Below are positions 1 to 12,815 of a DNA stretch of 64,000 nt, one piece after another. The notes under the pieces are model-generated. The model was not told the DNA's origin, did no database searches, and worked only from the letters and a program-made list of their open reading frames with translations. The stretch is from Camelus dromedarius (Eukaryota). The stretch's first letter is position 1, and each line of letters opens with the position of its first letter. The translations under genes and the position numbers were made by a program. The DNA is taken from NCBI RefSeq assembly GCF_036321535.1, contig NC_087436.1, positions 78,246,001 through 78,310,000 on the forward strand, read 5' to 3'.

Positions 1-89
1 ACAATTAGTACCATCAAGGCTAGATTCTTTCCACTACACATCCTATAATCTAGGCACATAAACATTTGATTGCTATCTGGGTAAGTCAA

Positions 90-405
90 GGAGACCTCCA
101 AGTCCTTGCACATACTATTATATTCCCTCTGCCTGAAGTCCCTTCTCCTGAATCACCTAGCCAATTCCTACTTCCCTCTGCAAGGATTTCCGACACCACC
201 AAGGGCAGTTAATGGTTTCTCTTCCTGTGTTGCTAAAGTTTTTAATTCTCACATATTTTATAGTTTTGTGACATAATTCTTGCTGGTGAGACTGAAAACT
301 CAGCAAGTACTAAAGAAGTCAACTTCACTCATCTCTGTTACTCTGGGCACGGTCTGGTATGAGGTAGACAGTCAATGAATGTTTGATAGAATAATGAATG
401 AGTCA
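90..405 (+). mobile_element. L2 LINE 3' fragment
   Basis: Ends in the L2 3' terminus pattern 'ggtatgaggtagacagtcaatgaatgtttgatagaataatgaatga'; heavily diverged, boundaries approximate. Confidence 0.55.
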
Positions 406-639
406 CTAATTTAATAGTCTAAGGCGAGTTTAAGATATACTTAAGCACCAACTGTGTAGAGGGTAGCTGAAGCCATGGTTATGATTTTAAGTACCTAGGA
501 AAATGTATAAGAAATAAGGGGTTGGGACAAACCCTTCAGGAGCACTGATACTTATTAGGATGAAAAGAAAGAAGAATCAGCTAAGGAAATTAAGAAAAAG
601 CAGAGGAGTGGAAGAGCCAGAATGTTGTCACAGAACAGC

Positions 640-890
640 ACTTCCTCAAAGGAACTCTTCCTGATCTCCCAAATCAGGACTAGAACCTCCTTTATGTGCT
701 CCCTCCTCATCCCATTCTAAACCCTGTCTGAGTGGCTGCCACAGCACACTTTAACTGTCTACTTGCCCTCACAGAATATTAGTTTCCCAAAAGCAGGGAC
801 TATGTCTTATTAACAGCATATGGTATCATAGCTACTGGTCAATAAATATTTGTCAAATAATTGAAGAGGTGAATAATTAAATAAGTGAGT
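640..890 (+). mobile_element. L2 LINE 3' fragment
   Basis: 'cagggactatgtcttatt...ggtcaataaatatttgtcaaataattgaa' matches the L2 3' end. Confidence 0.6.
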
Positions 891-2319
891 GAAATGCAGT
901 CAAGAAATCACATAAAATGAGGATTGCAAGATGCCCCCTGATCTTAGTATTTGGGAAGATACTGGGTGACTTCTATTCTTGTATGTTACCACATATACCC
1001 ATGTAACTCTCATGTGTTTCACATTGGAAGGTTCAAGAATTTTAGATAAAATGAAAAGCCTCATGCTTGTCATTTGGCCTTCCTTCCAAGAGCAAATCAC
1101 TATGAAATGGATGGATGGCTCTGAAGAGATACAGACAGGCTTTATCCAATGGTTTTCACTCAGGAAACATAATATAGAGTCATTACCTCCCTTAAGAGGT
1201 GGAAAGTTAAATACATAATTTCAAAATTGCTTCAGCAAATAGTACTCTCCTTAAGCCAAGGGAACTTTAAGAAACTGTAATCAACTCATCTCTTAGTGAC
1301 CTTGAATTTTTGTCTCTTATGTCCTGTATATGTTATAATCATATGCCCTCTATTTGAGGAATCACTGCAAAGAGGAACCACAAATTATCGTATCATCATA
1401 AGACCCCAAGTTGTAGATATCAAAGGAATATTTGTATGATAAATCTCTAGACAAATGAATGGAACAGAACCTCTGACAGATTGGTAATGCTTTGCTTTTA
1501 GATTTACAAATGAGAACTTGAAACAAAAAGGATTGGAATTGGAAAATATAAGTGCAGCCTGTAAACAACAAATGCCCTTCAGAACAGGAGGTGGGGAAGT
1601 AGAATGGGATGTATTTCAGCAATTTCTGAGAGTTGCTGAGAACGGAAGATTCAGCTCTCTTAGGCCTGTGCAAACACAATGATGATATGATGTAAACTGC
1701 CTTCCACCCTCTGGTCCTTCCTGACTCCCAGGGGGGGCCCCTCTGCGTACAGGGGGAGGGGCTCTCAAAGCAAAGGTGTGTGAAAGGAATTTGCTCTTAT
1801 TTCTCAGCTTTGCCCCTTGGAAAGTTAAGGGAAACGGACTAAATCCTTCCTACGAACTGCATCGTGCCTGGGTCTCCAGGACCCTGTGGGCTCTGATTAG
1901 AACTATGTTCTGAAACTGATACACTGGCTTTCTGTAAGTTAGAGACTTGGAGGAAAAATATATATATATTTTTTTAATTCAAGGCATTTTGAAAACTATT
2001 TCCTAGAAAGGTCTTCCAGAAGACTACGGGAATCCAAAGGCCCCGCATGAGCTGTGCTGGGTGGGTCCCAGGCAGCACTTACCCAGCCCTGTTTACTCCC
2101 AGAGCCCACATCCCACAGAGAAGCCACTCACATCTCAGCTGCAGCAAGTCTCACTCCATCCTTTTAATCACAAAGATTGAGGCTGGAATTCAGAGAAACC
2201 ACTTCTACATTGTTCAATTCAACATTTTTAAAGGCTGTCAGAAAGAGGGCTAAGTTCTCTGGGCTAAGTCAGAAAAACCTGGTGTTAAAGAGAAGTGGTG
2301 TACCCTGAAATATCAATAT

Positions 2320-2550
2320 AATATGGTACAGAAAGTGTCGGGTTTGTGATCAAAATACATAAACACACAGTTTTCAGCAGTGACTCATACTAGCAGTATG
2401 ACTTTGTACAAATGACTGAACTTTATGGGCCTCAGTTTTGTCTCCTGTAAGATGGAAACAAAAACCCACTTCATAGCATGAAAAGGATTAAACACAATCA
2501 TATATGCATGGCCCATAGCTCAGACACCAGTGGACATTCAACAAATATTG
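2320..2550 (+). mobile_element. MIR SINE
   Basis: MIR core 'tgactttgtacaaatgactgaactttatgggcctcagttttgtctcctgtaagatgg'. Confidence 0.7.
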
Positions 2551-2674
2551 CTTTCTCTTCCAGTCTGAGCTCCTTAAAAAATTACACTGGAAAAGGAAGT
2601 TTATCCGTCAAACAACTTTTAACACGGTACTGACCACCGATAAATTAAGATGGATATACCGTATCAGATACAAT

Positions 2675-2832
2675 ACCGTATAGCATCAAAGACATCATTG
2701 ATTATAAGACATCACTAAAAAAGAAAAAGTGCTACTAATCATATGTTGCCATTGATTCCATGAAGCATCACAATTTCAGAAACATTAAAATATGAAAATA
2801 TGCGCATATTTCCATAAAATCAATGAAGTACA
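2675..2832 (-). mobile_element. MER104-like TcMar MITE
   Basis: ccgtat terminus and internal 'aagcatcacaatttcagaaacattaaaatatgaaaatatgcgcat' resemble the reverse of the recalled MER104 consensus. Confidence 0.55.
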
Positions 2833-3504
2833 CTAAGTATCTAGAATTCCAGATAAGCTTGGAGATACAACAGAAGCAAGAACCAGGAAACAAAGAGTCC
2901 CATATTTCCCTTCTGCAGCTTAATCTCTTTCTATTGAGGGGGAAGAATCATGAAGGTGTAGACCAAACAGTCTAGCAATTGCTCAACTGGGTATTCCTCT
3001 AAATACCAGTTTGCCCAGTTTACAGCAGTAACTAGATATGCAGAAACACCCTTTGAGGGAACAGGCAAATGGAAGAGTTTGGAAGCTATCACCATTCTCC
3101 TTTTAAAATCATAGTTAATTCCCATCCCCTTGTTTCTGATGTTTGCATTCAGGTATTTAAAGTGTGTACTTCTAAACCTGTAAGGAGCCAACTGGTAGTT
3201 CTGAGGCTTGGAGGCGGACACAGAGTACTCCTGACCACTTATGACCAGTTATGTGACCTACAGCGACATTTAGTGGTGGCTCCCTCAAATTACAACCAGG
3301 TGTCCCAAAGGGGTGGGACAATTGCTCGAGCGGAATGACTAAGCAAAATTCTCCTTTATTGCGGTGTGAGGGATGTCTCCATCATCTTGCCTGACAGAGG
3401 TTATTAAGAGGTCTTATGGACGTGGCACTAGAAGTGGTGGCAGCTAATATCACTGCAATCTTTAACATGCTTGACATTTTCTGCATATCCTTTATTTCAT
3501 TAAC

Positions 3505-3675
3505 AGAATCATGGAACTGGAGAGAGACCCTGGGGATTATCTAATCCAATCCTCTTATTTGCAGATTATAAAACTGCGATTCAACTAGACTAGCCCAAGG
3601 TCATACAGCTAGGCAGAGGAGACCCAAGCCTTGAACCTGGCCTCCCAGTTCCAAACACATTGTTCTCTCCATTAA
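3505..3675 (-). mobile_element. MIR/MIR3-type SINE
   Basis: 'atctaatccaatcctcttatttgcagat...gcccaaggtcatacagctagg' is the reverse MIR core. Confidence 0.65.
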
Positions 3676-3959
3676 ATTACTTTGCACAGTTTAGAGTATT
3701 GGCTATGCATGTTTTTGGCACTTACTGACTGAGCACTCAATATGTGATGAAGTGTACTGAAAGCATATTTACAGACCTGTTAAAAAGTTTGAGATAAATT
3801 AGGGATTGATATATATAAAGAAGAAAATCAATGAAAACTAATAATTAACACTTTTATAGCTCTGACTGCCCTAAGAGGTAGGTACAGTTATCCCCATTTT
3901 ACAGTTGAAGAAATTGAGGCATAGAGAGTTTCTGGTAATTACTAACTCCAAAAAACCCC

Positions 3960-4420
3960 TGAAAGTTACATAGAAAAGTAAATGAAATCATAGCATACTC
4001 CATTGCTCAGCTGTAAATGAGAGTAACGTAGGCTTAAAAATACAAACCACAACTTTAAAACATAACCATAATTGGAAGACATCAGGGGAAGTATGTGTTG
4101 AAGAACAGAGCCAGGGAGACAGAGATTAGGGATATAAGAAAACTGAATCATCAATTTCTGTAGTAGACATCAATAGAAAATATCTAAACTGAAAAATTAA
4201 GACAAAAATAACAACATAAACATCGAGATGTTTATATGGATGTAAGTCCAGGTGAAAAGGAGACAAGAGAGCTAAAGCGGCTGCCTATGGAGAGACGATC
4301 AAAGGTGGGGGTGGGTGGGATGGAGTACTGCTGTTTTTAATGATAAGGCTTATAGAACTGTTTGATACTTCCATATAGGTGCATTAACACTATGATGAAA
4401 TATAAGATCAAGTTTTAAAA
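3960..4420 (+). mobile_element. HAL1/old L1M-like 3' fragment
   Basis: A-rich; 'gctgcctatggagag...tactgctgtttttaatgataaggcttatagaactgtttga' resembles the HAL1 3' end. Confidence 0.5.
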
Positions 4421-4735
4421 CTAAGATATAACAAAGGCAAATCAGTAAAAATACTGCTTTCAAATTATATGTAAAAAGGACAATGATGTTTCACAAATAT
4501 TGAAACAGGATGTTTTGCACAATGATCTTCTCGTGTCACTTGATGAAAGATGCAAAACATCAACCAGAGAGTCCGTGCTCAAATAAAGCCTTGTTTCTAT
4601 AATTGAAAGACTAGCAAATAAACACATATTTATATATTTAAGTTGAAATAAAGTCTTTTGTTGATGTATGTATTGCTTTTTACTATTCTCCTCTTTACCT
4701 GAGTTTTAACCAACCTGTACCCTGATGGTGTTAGT

Positions 4736-5158
4736 GTAGCACTGATGGATGCTGCGGTGTGCCACTCAGATCCCCTCTTCAGAACTGAGGCCAGGTCAGA
4801 GCTGCTGGGAGTATTGGCAGCTGGTGGCTCTCAGCTGAGTCCCTTTCTCATGATTGCCTCCAGCCAAAAGGTGCCACTTAGCCCAAGGTCACCGACCCTT
4901 TTCCAATAATGGTCAACAGGGTGGTATAAAGACTTGGCCCTCTAGACATGAGATAGAACAACTCTGAAGTGACATCCAGATCAGAACTCTGCGGGGAATC
5001 AGCTCAGACCTATGTTGGAACTCCTCAGTCCTGCCTGCTTCCTGCTTCCTCCCACCCACAAGCGTTGGCCTCATACAGGCAAGAGGGACTCCCCAGGAAA
5101 CTTCTTATGCGCAAATCTCCATGTCAGAGTGTGTTTCCAAGGAATCTGACATAAACCA
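4736..5158 (+). mobile_element. LTR16-family (ERVL) solo LTR
   Basis: Starts tgtagc...ggatgctgcggtgtgccactcagatcccc; ends 'caaatctccatgtcagagtgtgtttccaaggaatctgacataaacca'. Confidence 0.7.
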
Positions 5159-6899
5159 GTCAAATAAGAGCCCTTTTACTGTTCCACTAGATACACTACT
5201 ATCATTATCTTGATGTAAGAGACTTTAAAGACAAAAGCTCTTGACTCTTTTACCTTCTTTTATTTAACTTCCTATTTCAGAGCGTTTTAAACGGTTCATG
5301 TCATGTGCTTTGATCTTATTTCAACAATGAAATTTACCTTCAAGGTAAGTTAATATTTGTTTGAATATCTACTATATACAAAGTACAATGGAAAGTGAAT
5401 AGGGGGAGGGCAGAGGAAAATGCACAATGAATAAGTGAATGACTAAGACACAGTGTTTTCTTCCTTGTTGAGTTTATAATTTGGTAGAGAGATCAAAATG
5501 AACAATTGCTGTGAAAACTAAAATGTACCAAAGAAGTAAAAAGTGCTCAGGAAGTTCAGAGAGAAGATGATTTTGTTAGTTTTGTATTTGGTCGGTGGTA
5601 GAGGACTGGAGAGAGAGAGCAGGTGGGACGTGAAGTGTTGCTACAATTTCCTGCTTAAACCACTCGAGGTCAACTAGCCTTTCAACACTGGGTTGGAGTC
5701 TGGCAGATGAAAAAGGCAGATAAGTAACTTCAGACAGACATAACAGCCAAGAGGAAAGGCTTAGATGTGTAAAGGGTGGTGGCAGTGTTTGGGGAAAAGC
5801 TACTAATCCAGACTGACTAGAGCATTGGATGTACAAAAAGGATCAATGAAGTCAATGCTAGAGGGGGGAATCCACCTGGAAACACATCTTCTTGTTCTGT
5901 TATACTCTCCAAATCAGACACCCTCAGATAAGGACAGGGGCCTTGACCAAGCCAAAGATCATCACACATCTTTGGATATGTCATAAGGAAGGCTGGTGAC
6001 TGCCCTTCGGGCCCTGGCCAGCTCAGCAGTCACGAGGCCACTACTCACTACAGAGGCATTTGCTTTTCTGTTGATCCACTGTGAACGTCCTAGAGGGATT
6101 TTCAGTCAAACCTCTTCCCATGAGTTACTTTGAATATACTATTCCATTGTTGTTTAAAAAAAACAAAAACAAAAACTACAGCCTCTCCAGGCCAGGGGGG
6201 AAATGTTTTAAACTTTTTCATCAGCTAAATTTCTACAGTTATCTTTTAGTATTTCTAGAATTTCTTCTTGCTATCAGAGGATGATTTTTTTTCATAGAGT
6301 ATTTTGGTGCTTGGTTATGTATATTTCTAAGTTATCAATTCTTATTTAAAGATCCAACAATTTCATTACATGAAAGCAATTTAATTCCCTGCTGATGAAT
6401 ATTCTTACTCAGTGTCCTCTCTTACTCTATACTTCTACTTACTTTGGCCTAAAATCATAAACTGTTAGAAAACCATGTTCCAATTTTTATTTATGAGGTA
6501 ATGAGGAAGGCAGTTGTACCCTCTCCCATTCTTGATAATTAGTGATCTAATCCCAGCAATCATTAAGAAAAAAAAAAACAACCCTGACCATGTTTTCAAC
6601 AGTCACAGCCATATTTATTATAGGAAGATGTCATGTTTATAACTTTGGACTATGATACAACTCACACCTTCACAAACATCCCAAAACAAACCTGTTCTAT
6701 CATAAGGTAGTCTTTGGAACATAAACTTCCCAAGAACATTTCAGGCCATTGTACAGCAATACTGCCAGTTGGCCATCAATTCAGTTCCAGCATTGACACC
6801 CCTTTGCCCATGTCATAGTACCTTATGTGCAATTATTTGAATATTTCATTTCTTCTTTTTGTCCCCTTTTTAAAAAGCAAAATGAAACAAAAATCAATT

Positions 6900-7340
6900 G
6901 ATTCATATGCTAAATTTATGATAAGAAATAAAGATTTCATGAAAAGTATGATACAAAAGAGAGATAAAGACAGGACATCCACTGTAACTACTGTTTAATA
7001 TTATATTAAAAGCCAATCCAATATGAAAAGAAAATGAAATGAGCATAAATTTTGGAAACAGAGACAAAGTGCCATTGGTTGCAGACCACATGGTAGTCTG
7101 TTCAGAAAAATCAACAGCTCTAAGAGCTAATAAGAGATTTTAGCAAAGAAGCTAACTAAAGATCAATATAGAAAAATTAATAGATTTCTTATATTCCAGA
7201 AATTATAGGAAATAGATAAATCCTAGGAATAAACTTAACAAGAAATGTAGCTGACTACTTAAGAAGTAAACTACTGAACTTCAATTAAAGTCATAACAGA
7301 AGAATCAATGGAGAAAAATACCAAGTTCTTAGATTAAAAA
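6900..7340 (+). mobile_element. Old L1M ORF2 fragment (degenerate)
   Basis: 'ttgcagaccacatggtagtctgttcagaaaaatc...ctaggaataaacttaacaagaaatgt' is the decayed L1 reverse-transcriptase region. Confidence 0.65.
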
Positions 7341-9628
7341 AATAAAAGAAGCAAATTTTAGCTCTATTTAAAGTGACAAATCTGAATGTTCAGTGAGAAC
7401 ATGATGGGACTTAAGTCAACTGTGTGTTCCATGGGAAAGAAAAAAATTAAAGAATGTGCATGAAATATGATTAGGATTTTAAAATACACTTTAGCTTTGT
7501 AGCACTAGCTCTCCATCTGACCCCATGGCATCATGAAAGTTTGAAGTCCATTGAACATATTTGATGCATTCAGCTTTCATATGAATTTCAAGAATGCATT
7601 ATTTCTGAAATCATACTAATTCAGAGCTAATTCTATTTCAACATAGCGGTATAGGCAGGTATTCAAGTAAGGACATAATTCACAAGAATACACCTATGTC
7701 ATAATGCTCATGGCTAGTTACTAAAAAATTATTTGAAATTTAGAGCAAAATTCATTGATCTCTGCTATAATAGGAGAAATAATAAGACACATGAGTCATG
7801 TCTCCATATAATGCAATACTATGAAAACCTGAAACAAGGCAAAATGAAGACCTAGAGAAAGAAGAGATTAAATATATTTTAGTGAATGATTAAATATGTA
7901 AGCACTTAAGAGGGACACTAATCTATCCAAAATATGGAACAAGTAGCAAAAAGATTGGACCAGGTTGGTCTGGGTGGTGGAGCTGTCCAGCTAACAGCAC
8001 TCCATGCCAACACTGCCGACTTTGCTCTCCTGCTGGAAATCTCCCCATTTTCACCAAGGAAGGATCAAGGACTTTTAATTCATAACTTAAGGGAAGGAAG
8101 CAACCTATTGCTGTTCAAACTCTCATAGTCACAGAAAGGTTCGCCACAAGGGGCACAAAACTTGTTATAAGATGATAAATGTGGTCATAATTTTACATTT
8201 TCACATCCAGTTATTCCTACCAGACTCTTTACTCCTAAGTACTTAGGAAGAGGTTTCCAGACACTGTCATCAGAAGTATGTGGAACCTACTAAACTGCCC
8301 AAAGACACAGAATTCAACTTCTAAAATTTAACCAAAAACAAAGGGAACAACATACCAATTCTCTCTTTAGAAATAACTGGTAATTTCACTTAGAAAGCAT
8401 TACAGAAGAGCAGATGGGCTGAATTCAAATGTAATTATTAATAGAGAAATTCATAAAGGAGAAATTATTCAGTTATAACTATTTCTAGAGAAATTAATTA
8501 TGGAAAGAAATAAAAATGAGTAAAATCAGGACTTCACATGTTCTTCAAAAAGTGCACCTTTGTCTTGGATTATTATCAACTCTCAATGTCAGACTCTAGG
8601 CCAGTTTGTTCATGGGGGCTGGCCAAGAAAGCCTTCTTTGGTGCCAAGATTCTCTGGCCAAAAATCAGCATGGGGACATCCTTGTGTTGGTAATCTCTAG
8701 CTAATTTACCAGTAGTCCAGAAACTCTACCTTCAGTCAAAGTGGCTCATATCTGCTCTCAATTAACAGAAAACCACACACTTACCATCTCAGCTACACAT
8801 TTGCAGGTCTTCAATGTAAAGTTCTATAATTAGTGACCATGACCTACATCCTCATGGGGTCTACAGGTCTCCAGTCCAAGAAAAGGTTTGGGCTTATTCC
8901 ACAGTTCAACATATGTTTGTCTGACTGCACAGTGGGACAGAAATCTTGCCAAATACCCTGGCACTCTTCAGCTTGGCTATCAGAAGACTAAAAACCATAC
9001 AGCCACTTTAAGCAACCTGCCAAGGCAGTAAATTGGTACATCTCCTCCAAAATTTAACTCAGAATGAAATAGACTTGTATAATTTCCCAATCTATAGTAA
9101 TTCAATACAATATATCAATAAATTTTTTGTAAATATATAGAAGCAAGAGACTCTAAATCGATGTAGAAATCACCTACCCACATTCTATATAGCACTTGTT
9201 CACAAGGAAAATTAAATATATCAGAGTAATTGAGAACAGTTTTCATTCTGTTTAAATCCAGAGACAACAATCAAAATTTCAGTTTCTTTTCTAAGTCTCT
9301 CTTTCTCACTCACTGTAAGTTTGTACATGGTGTCTAGAAAAATGGCAGCACAAACAGGTACTCAGTAAGTATTAATATGTGTTGAATAAACAAACAAATG
9401 ATCTCTAGAAGGAGCCCACAGCTCCTCCCCCATTTTTCTACTTCCACTGCTAAGGGAAGCATGTGATGGGGATGGTGGCAGCAAGGACAGTATTGGATCA
9501 CAGACAGTTACGTTAGGGGTATAACAAGGGTTAAAGGTCTGCCTTCTGGGTAATTCAGTGATTTAGAATCCTGACTTCTTTTAGGATTCTCTCTCCTGCC
9601 CTCTTCCTGTTGGATCCCCAACTGCTAA

Positions 9629-9647
9629 CCAACAGTAGGGGGCGCCA
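9629..9647 (+). promoter_or_regulatory. CTCF motif candidate
   Basis: ccaACAGTAGGGGGCGCCA against core CCASYAGRKGGCRS: one mismatch at the first C, CpG retained. Confidence 0.55.
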
Positions 9648-10034
9648 TTCTTCTCCTCCCTCTTTTTCTCTTCTTCCTTCATCCCCTCCACATCCCCTCC
9701 TCAGAAAGGCAAGCAGACATTAGGGGTCAGACCCAGGATAAATGAGCTCTGTAGAAGCTGCCTTAGTCCTTAGTGCTAGGCTACCAGAGACATGTCCTCC
9801 TTCTCCTTTCACCCTCTTTTCTTACCTCTTCTGACCACCGGGATGCACATGATGGTACAGAGTGAAACTAGAGGAAGGAGGCTGAGCAAGTAGTAGGGGC
9901 ATGTTTTCAGTCTGAGCCTCAGACCTACTTTGGGGAAGGGGTCATGCTCACTGCTGTCCAGAAGACTTAAGAGACTACAGGGTGGTTTGTGACCTAAAAC
10001 CTCCATAACAAGGAGAATGCATTTGTCTAGCCTT

Positions 10035-10037
<3 letters not shown>

Positions 10038-10086
<49 letters not shown>
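10038..10086. repeat. (TG)24 microsatellite
   Basis: Perfect dinucleotide run. Confidence 0.97.
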
Positions 10087-10088
<2 letters not shown>

Positions 10089-12589
10089 CTTTTTTTGGGT
10101 AAATGACTGGTTAAGGATTTAAAGTGCTCAATCATGGTCAAAATCATCTTGACATAATTAATAATTAACACATAAATATATAGAGCAGGAAAAACTGCTC
10201 TCAGTAAACAAGATTAGACCATTACCACTCCAAAAGACTCAGATGGTGAATACAACATTACATCTTTAGGGCATCACTGTACGATCGCACAGAGTGAAGT
10301 AAGGGAGAGGTTGGAAACTAGTCCCTCTTGAAGACTTGAGAACAAGACAACTTGTATCATCTATGAACAAGCAGTATAAAGTTCATTAACACCTTCAAGA
10401 AGATGATAGTCAGGTACCCACATCATCTATAACCCAAGTGAATTTCACCGTAAGTAGGAGGAGAACCGAGAAGCAGTCCTTAGAAGGCCCCAACCTCACC
10501 TCTAGGTACAGTCACTTTCAGACCTGCCTTGGACCATTACTTTTCCTACACTGGGACATGTTAACATTCCCTATTGACAGCTAATCTCTAATGTCTTCAG
10601 TGTAGTACTGCTGACAACTATCTTGCACTTGGAGCACTTTTACAGGCACCACTCCCTCTTCTAGAGAAGTCTAAAAAGAAGCCAAAGCTTATGTGAGCCT
10701 AAGAGTAGCTACTTTCTACCAGGGATTAAGTTGTACAAGAAAGAAGGCAGGGCAGCTAGACAAGGAGACATTCAGACTCCTAATCTGGTTCTTATGATGT
10801 TCTTCATTATTTTATTTGAAAATCATTCTGAAAACAGCAGAGGCATTTTCAAATGTTATTATAAAAGCAATCAGTTAACATTATTTTACATCATCTTCAT
10901 TTTAATTTTCTCATCCTAGAGTTTATTATCATTCAGGCCGGCTCTACTTCTAAAATCCTAAACTGTAATATAATGATCTATGACAACAATCATCTGCCCA
11001 TCCATCTTTATTATTCCATTTCTCCAAACAACTCATTAAATTGTTCAAAACTCCCAAATCTGTATTTCCATTCATAGATGTACCACTATTTCAAACCTGT
11101 GTATAATTTTCTTAGATCTCCTCACCTGGGTAATTTAGACATACAAACTCAGCACATCTAAATTAAATTTAGCAGGCTTCCTCAGGAACCCTGCCCTCTC
11201 CTTGAGCCCTATGCTTCACAAAAGCCAATCTCCTCATTGTCCACTGAATGGGCACTTCTAAAAGTTTCCTGACTCTGTGTATTTGCTCATGTCTTCACCT
11301 GAATTGGTCTTATATTTCCTCATTTCTACCCAATCCCTTCCTAAATCTGCTCCCCACCCCAGCAACATGCCTATTCAGCAATCACTCATCTGTTCAATAT
11401 ACATTTGAATTATTACCTCTTCTCAAATTCCTTCCCCACTCAGAAAGATGGCCATTCCTCCTGTGAGTTCCCACTGACTGCTATATGTTCCGAACACTTA
11501 ACAATGAAGCACAGATTATTATTATATCATATTGGGGGAAAGATTGTAGAAAACCATAAGCTATTTTCAACTCCAAAATAAATCTCAGGCACCCTGAGAC
11601 CTGCCACAGTGTTAATCTATTGAGTCATGCTCTCTATCAAGAGTAGATTGAGGTGGAGCAGGTGTATGCTCTCTAACTTGGTGATGTCTAAGAAAGAGGA
11701 GTAGACTTACGTGGTAATGGGCTCAGATAAGGCAGGCTGGAGAGGTGAGTTTTGGCCTGGAAACATGCTTCTGCAGATATACTTGCAAAACGATTTGTAA
11801 AACAAAATTAATATAGTCATAACCTTTCCCTTTCCTCTCCTTTACCAGAGAAATGGGTCTTTATGGCTGGGACAGCTACCAGGTCTGGGTCTGTCATTGC
11901 ACTGAGTTGAGGTACAGGATGAATTAGAGGACAGAAAGAGTCAGAACAGCTAACAAGATTTGTATCTAGAGAGAAGAAGAGGGGAGAGGAGGAGAGACGA
12001 GATCCAGAAATGCAAAGAAGACAATGAGAAAGATACACACAGATGCAGATTGTTTGTGGCAGAGTCCTTTGAGGAAAGAAGTTTGGGGAGCAACTACCAT
12101 GCCATGTGAGACATCCTATTTCGTTGAATCTGAGATGCTACTGCTCAGAAAGGACATCATTATTTTATGTATTGACGAAATATAGAACTGAAAGAAAAAG
12201 AGATGGGGACAGAGTTTTTGTTTCCTTCCTTAAACTGTGTAAAGAGGCTGAGACACTTACAATTAAAACTACTTTCAGTACTTTTCATTGTGCTACTGGA
12301 CAGGTGTTTAGAGTTTGGGTTTTGTTTTTGTTTTGGGGGTTTTCTGGCTTGTTTTTAAGTGACAGAGGGCAGAGATTAACTCAAAAGCAGCTCAGCTTTA
12401 TATAGTTACATTTGACTTCTTAACATTAAAAAAACAGGCTTTTCAGATCCCTCTTCCCATATCCCTTTGTGGTACCAAGCTGAAAAGGAAAGAGCAGCCT
12501 TACCGATTATTGCGGCATAGAGATACAGAGGATTACTTGTGGGCTTGGAACAGTCATTAAGTCTATGAGTTATTATCATTATTAAGAAA

Positions 12590-12815
12590 TGATGATAGCA
12601 GCTAATATTTTTAACACAAATCTAAGCTTTTAAATGAATGAAGTCATTTAGTTTTCACAACAAACTGTCTAAGATAGATAGTTTAATATCTCTATTGAGG
12701 CACAGAGAGCTTAAATAATCGCCAAAGCTTATATAACCAATAAGTAGCAACACCAAGGTTCCCATCCAGCCAGTTGGCATCTCACGCCCATGTGGTTAAC
12801 TACCACATCCTCTTG
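12590..12815 (-). mobile_element. MIR SINE
   Basis: 'cacaacaaactgtctaagatagatag...attgaggcacagagagcttaaataatcgccaaagctta' is reverse MIR. Confidence 0.65.

Noticed and set aside
11711..11756. Minus-strand micro-exon candidate (tttccag ... AC|gtaagt)
   Set aside because: Short pyrimidine tract, unrecognisable peptide, no partner exons
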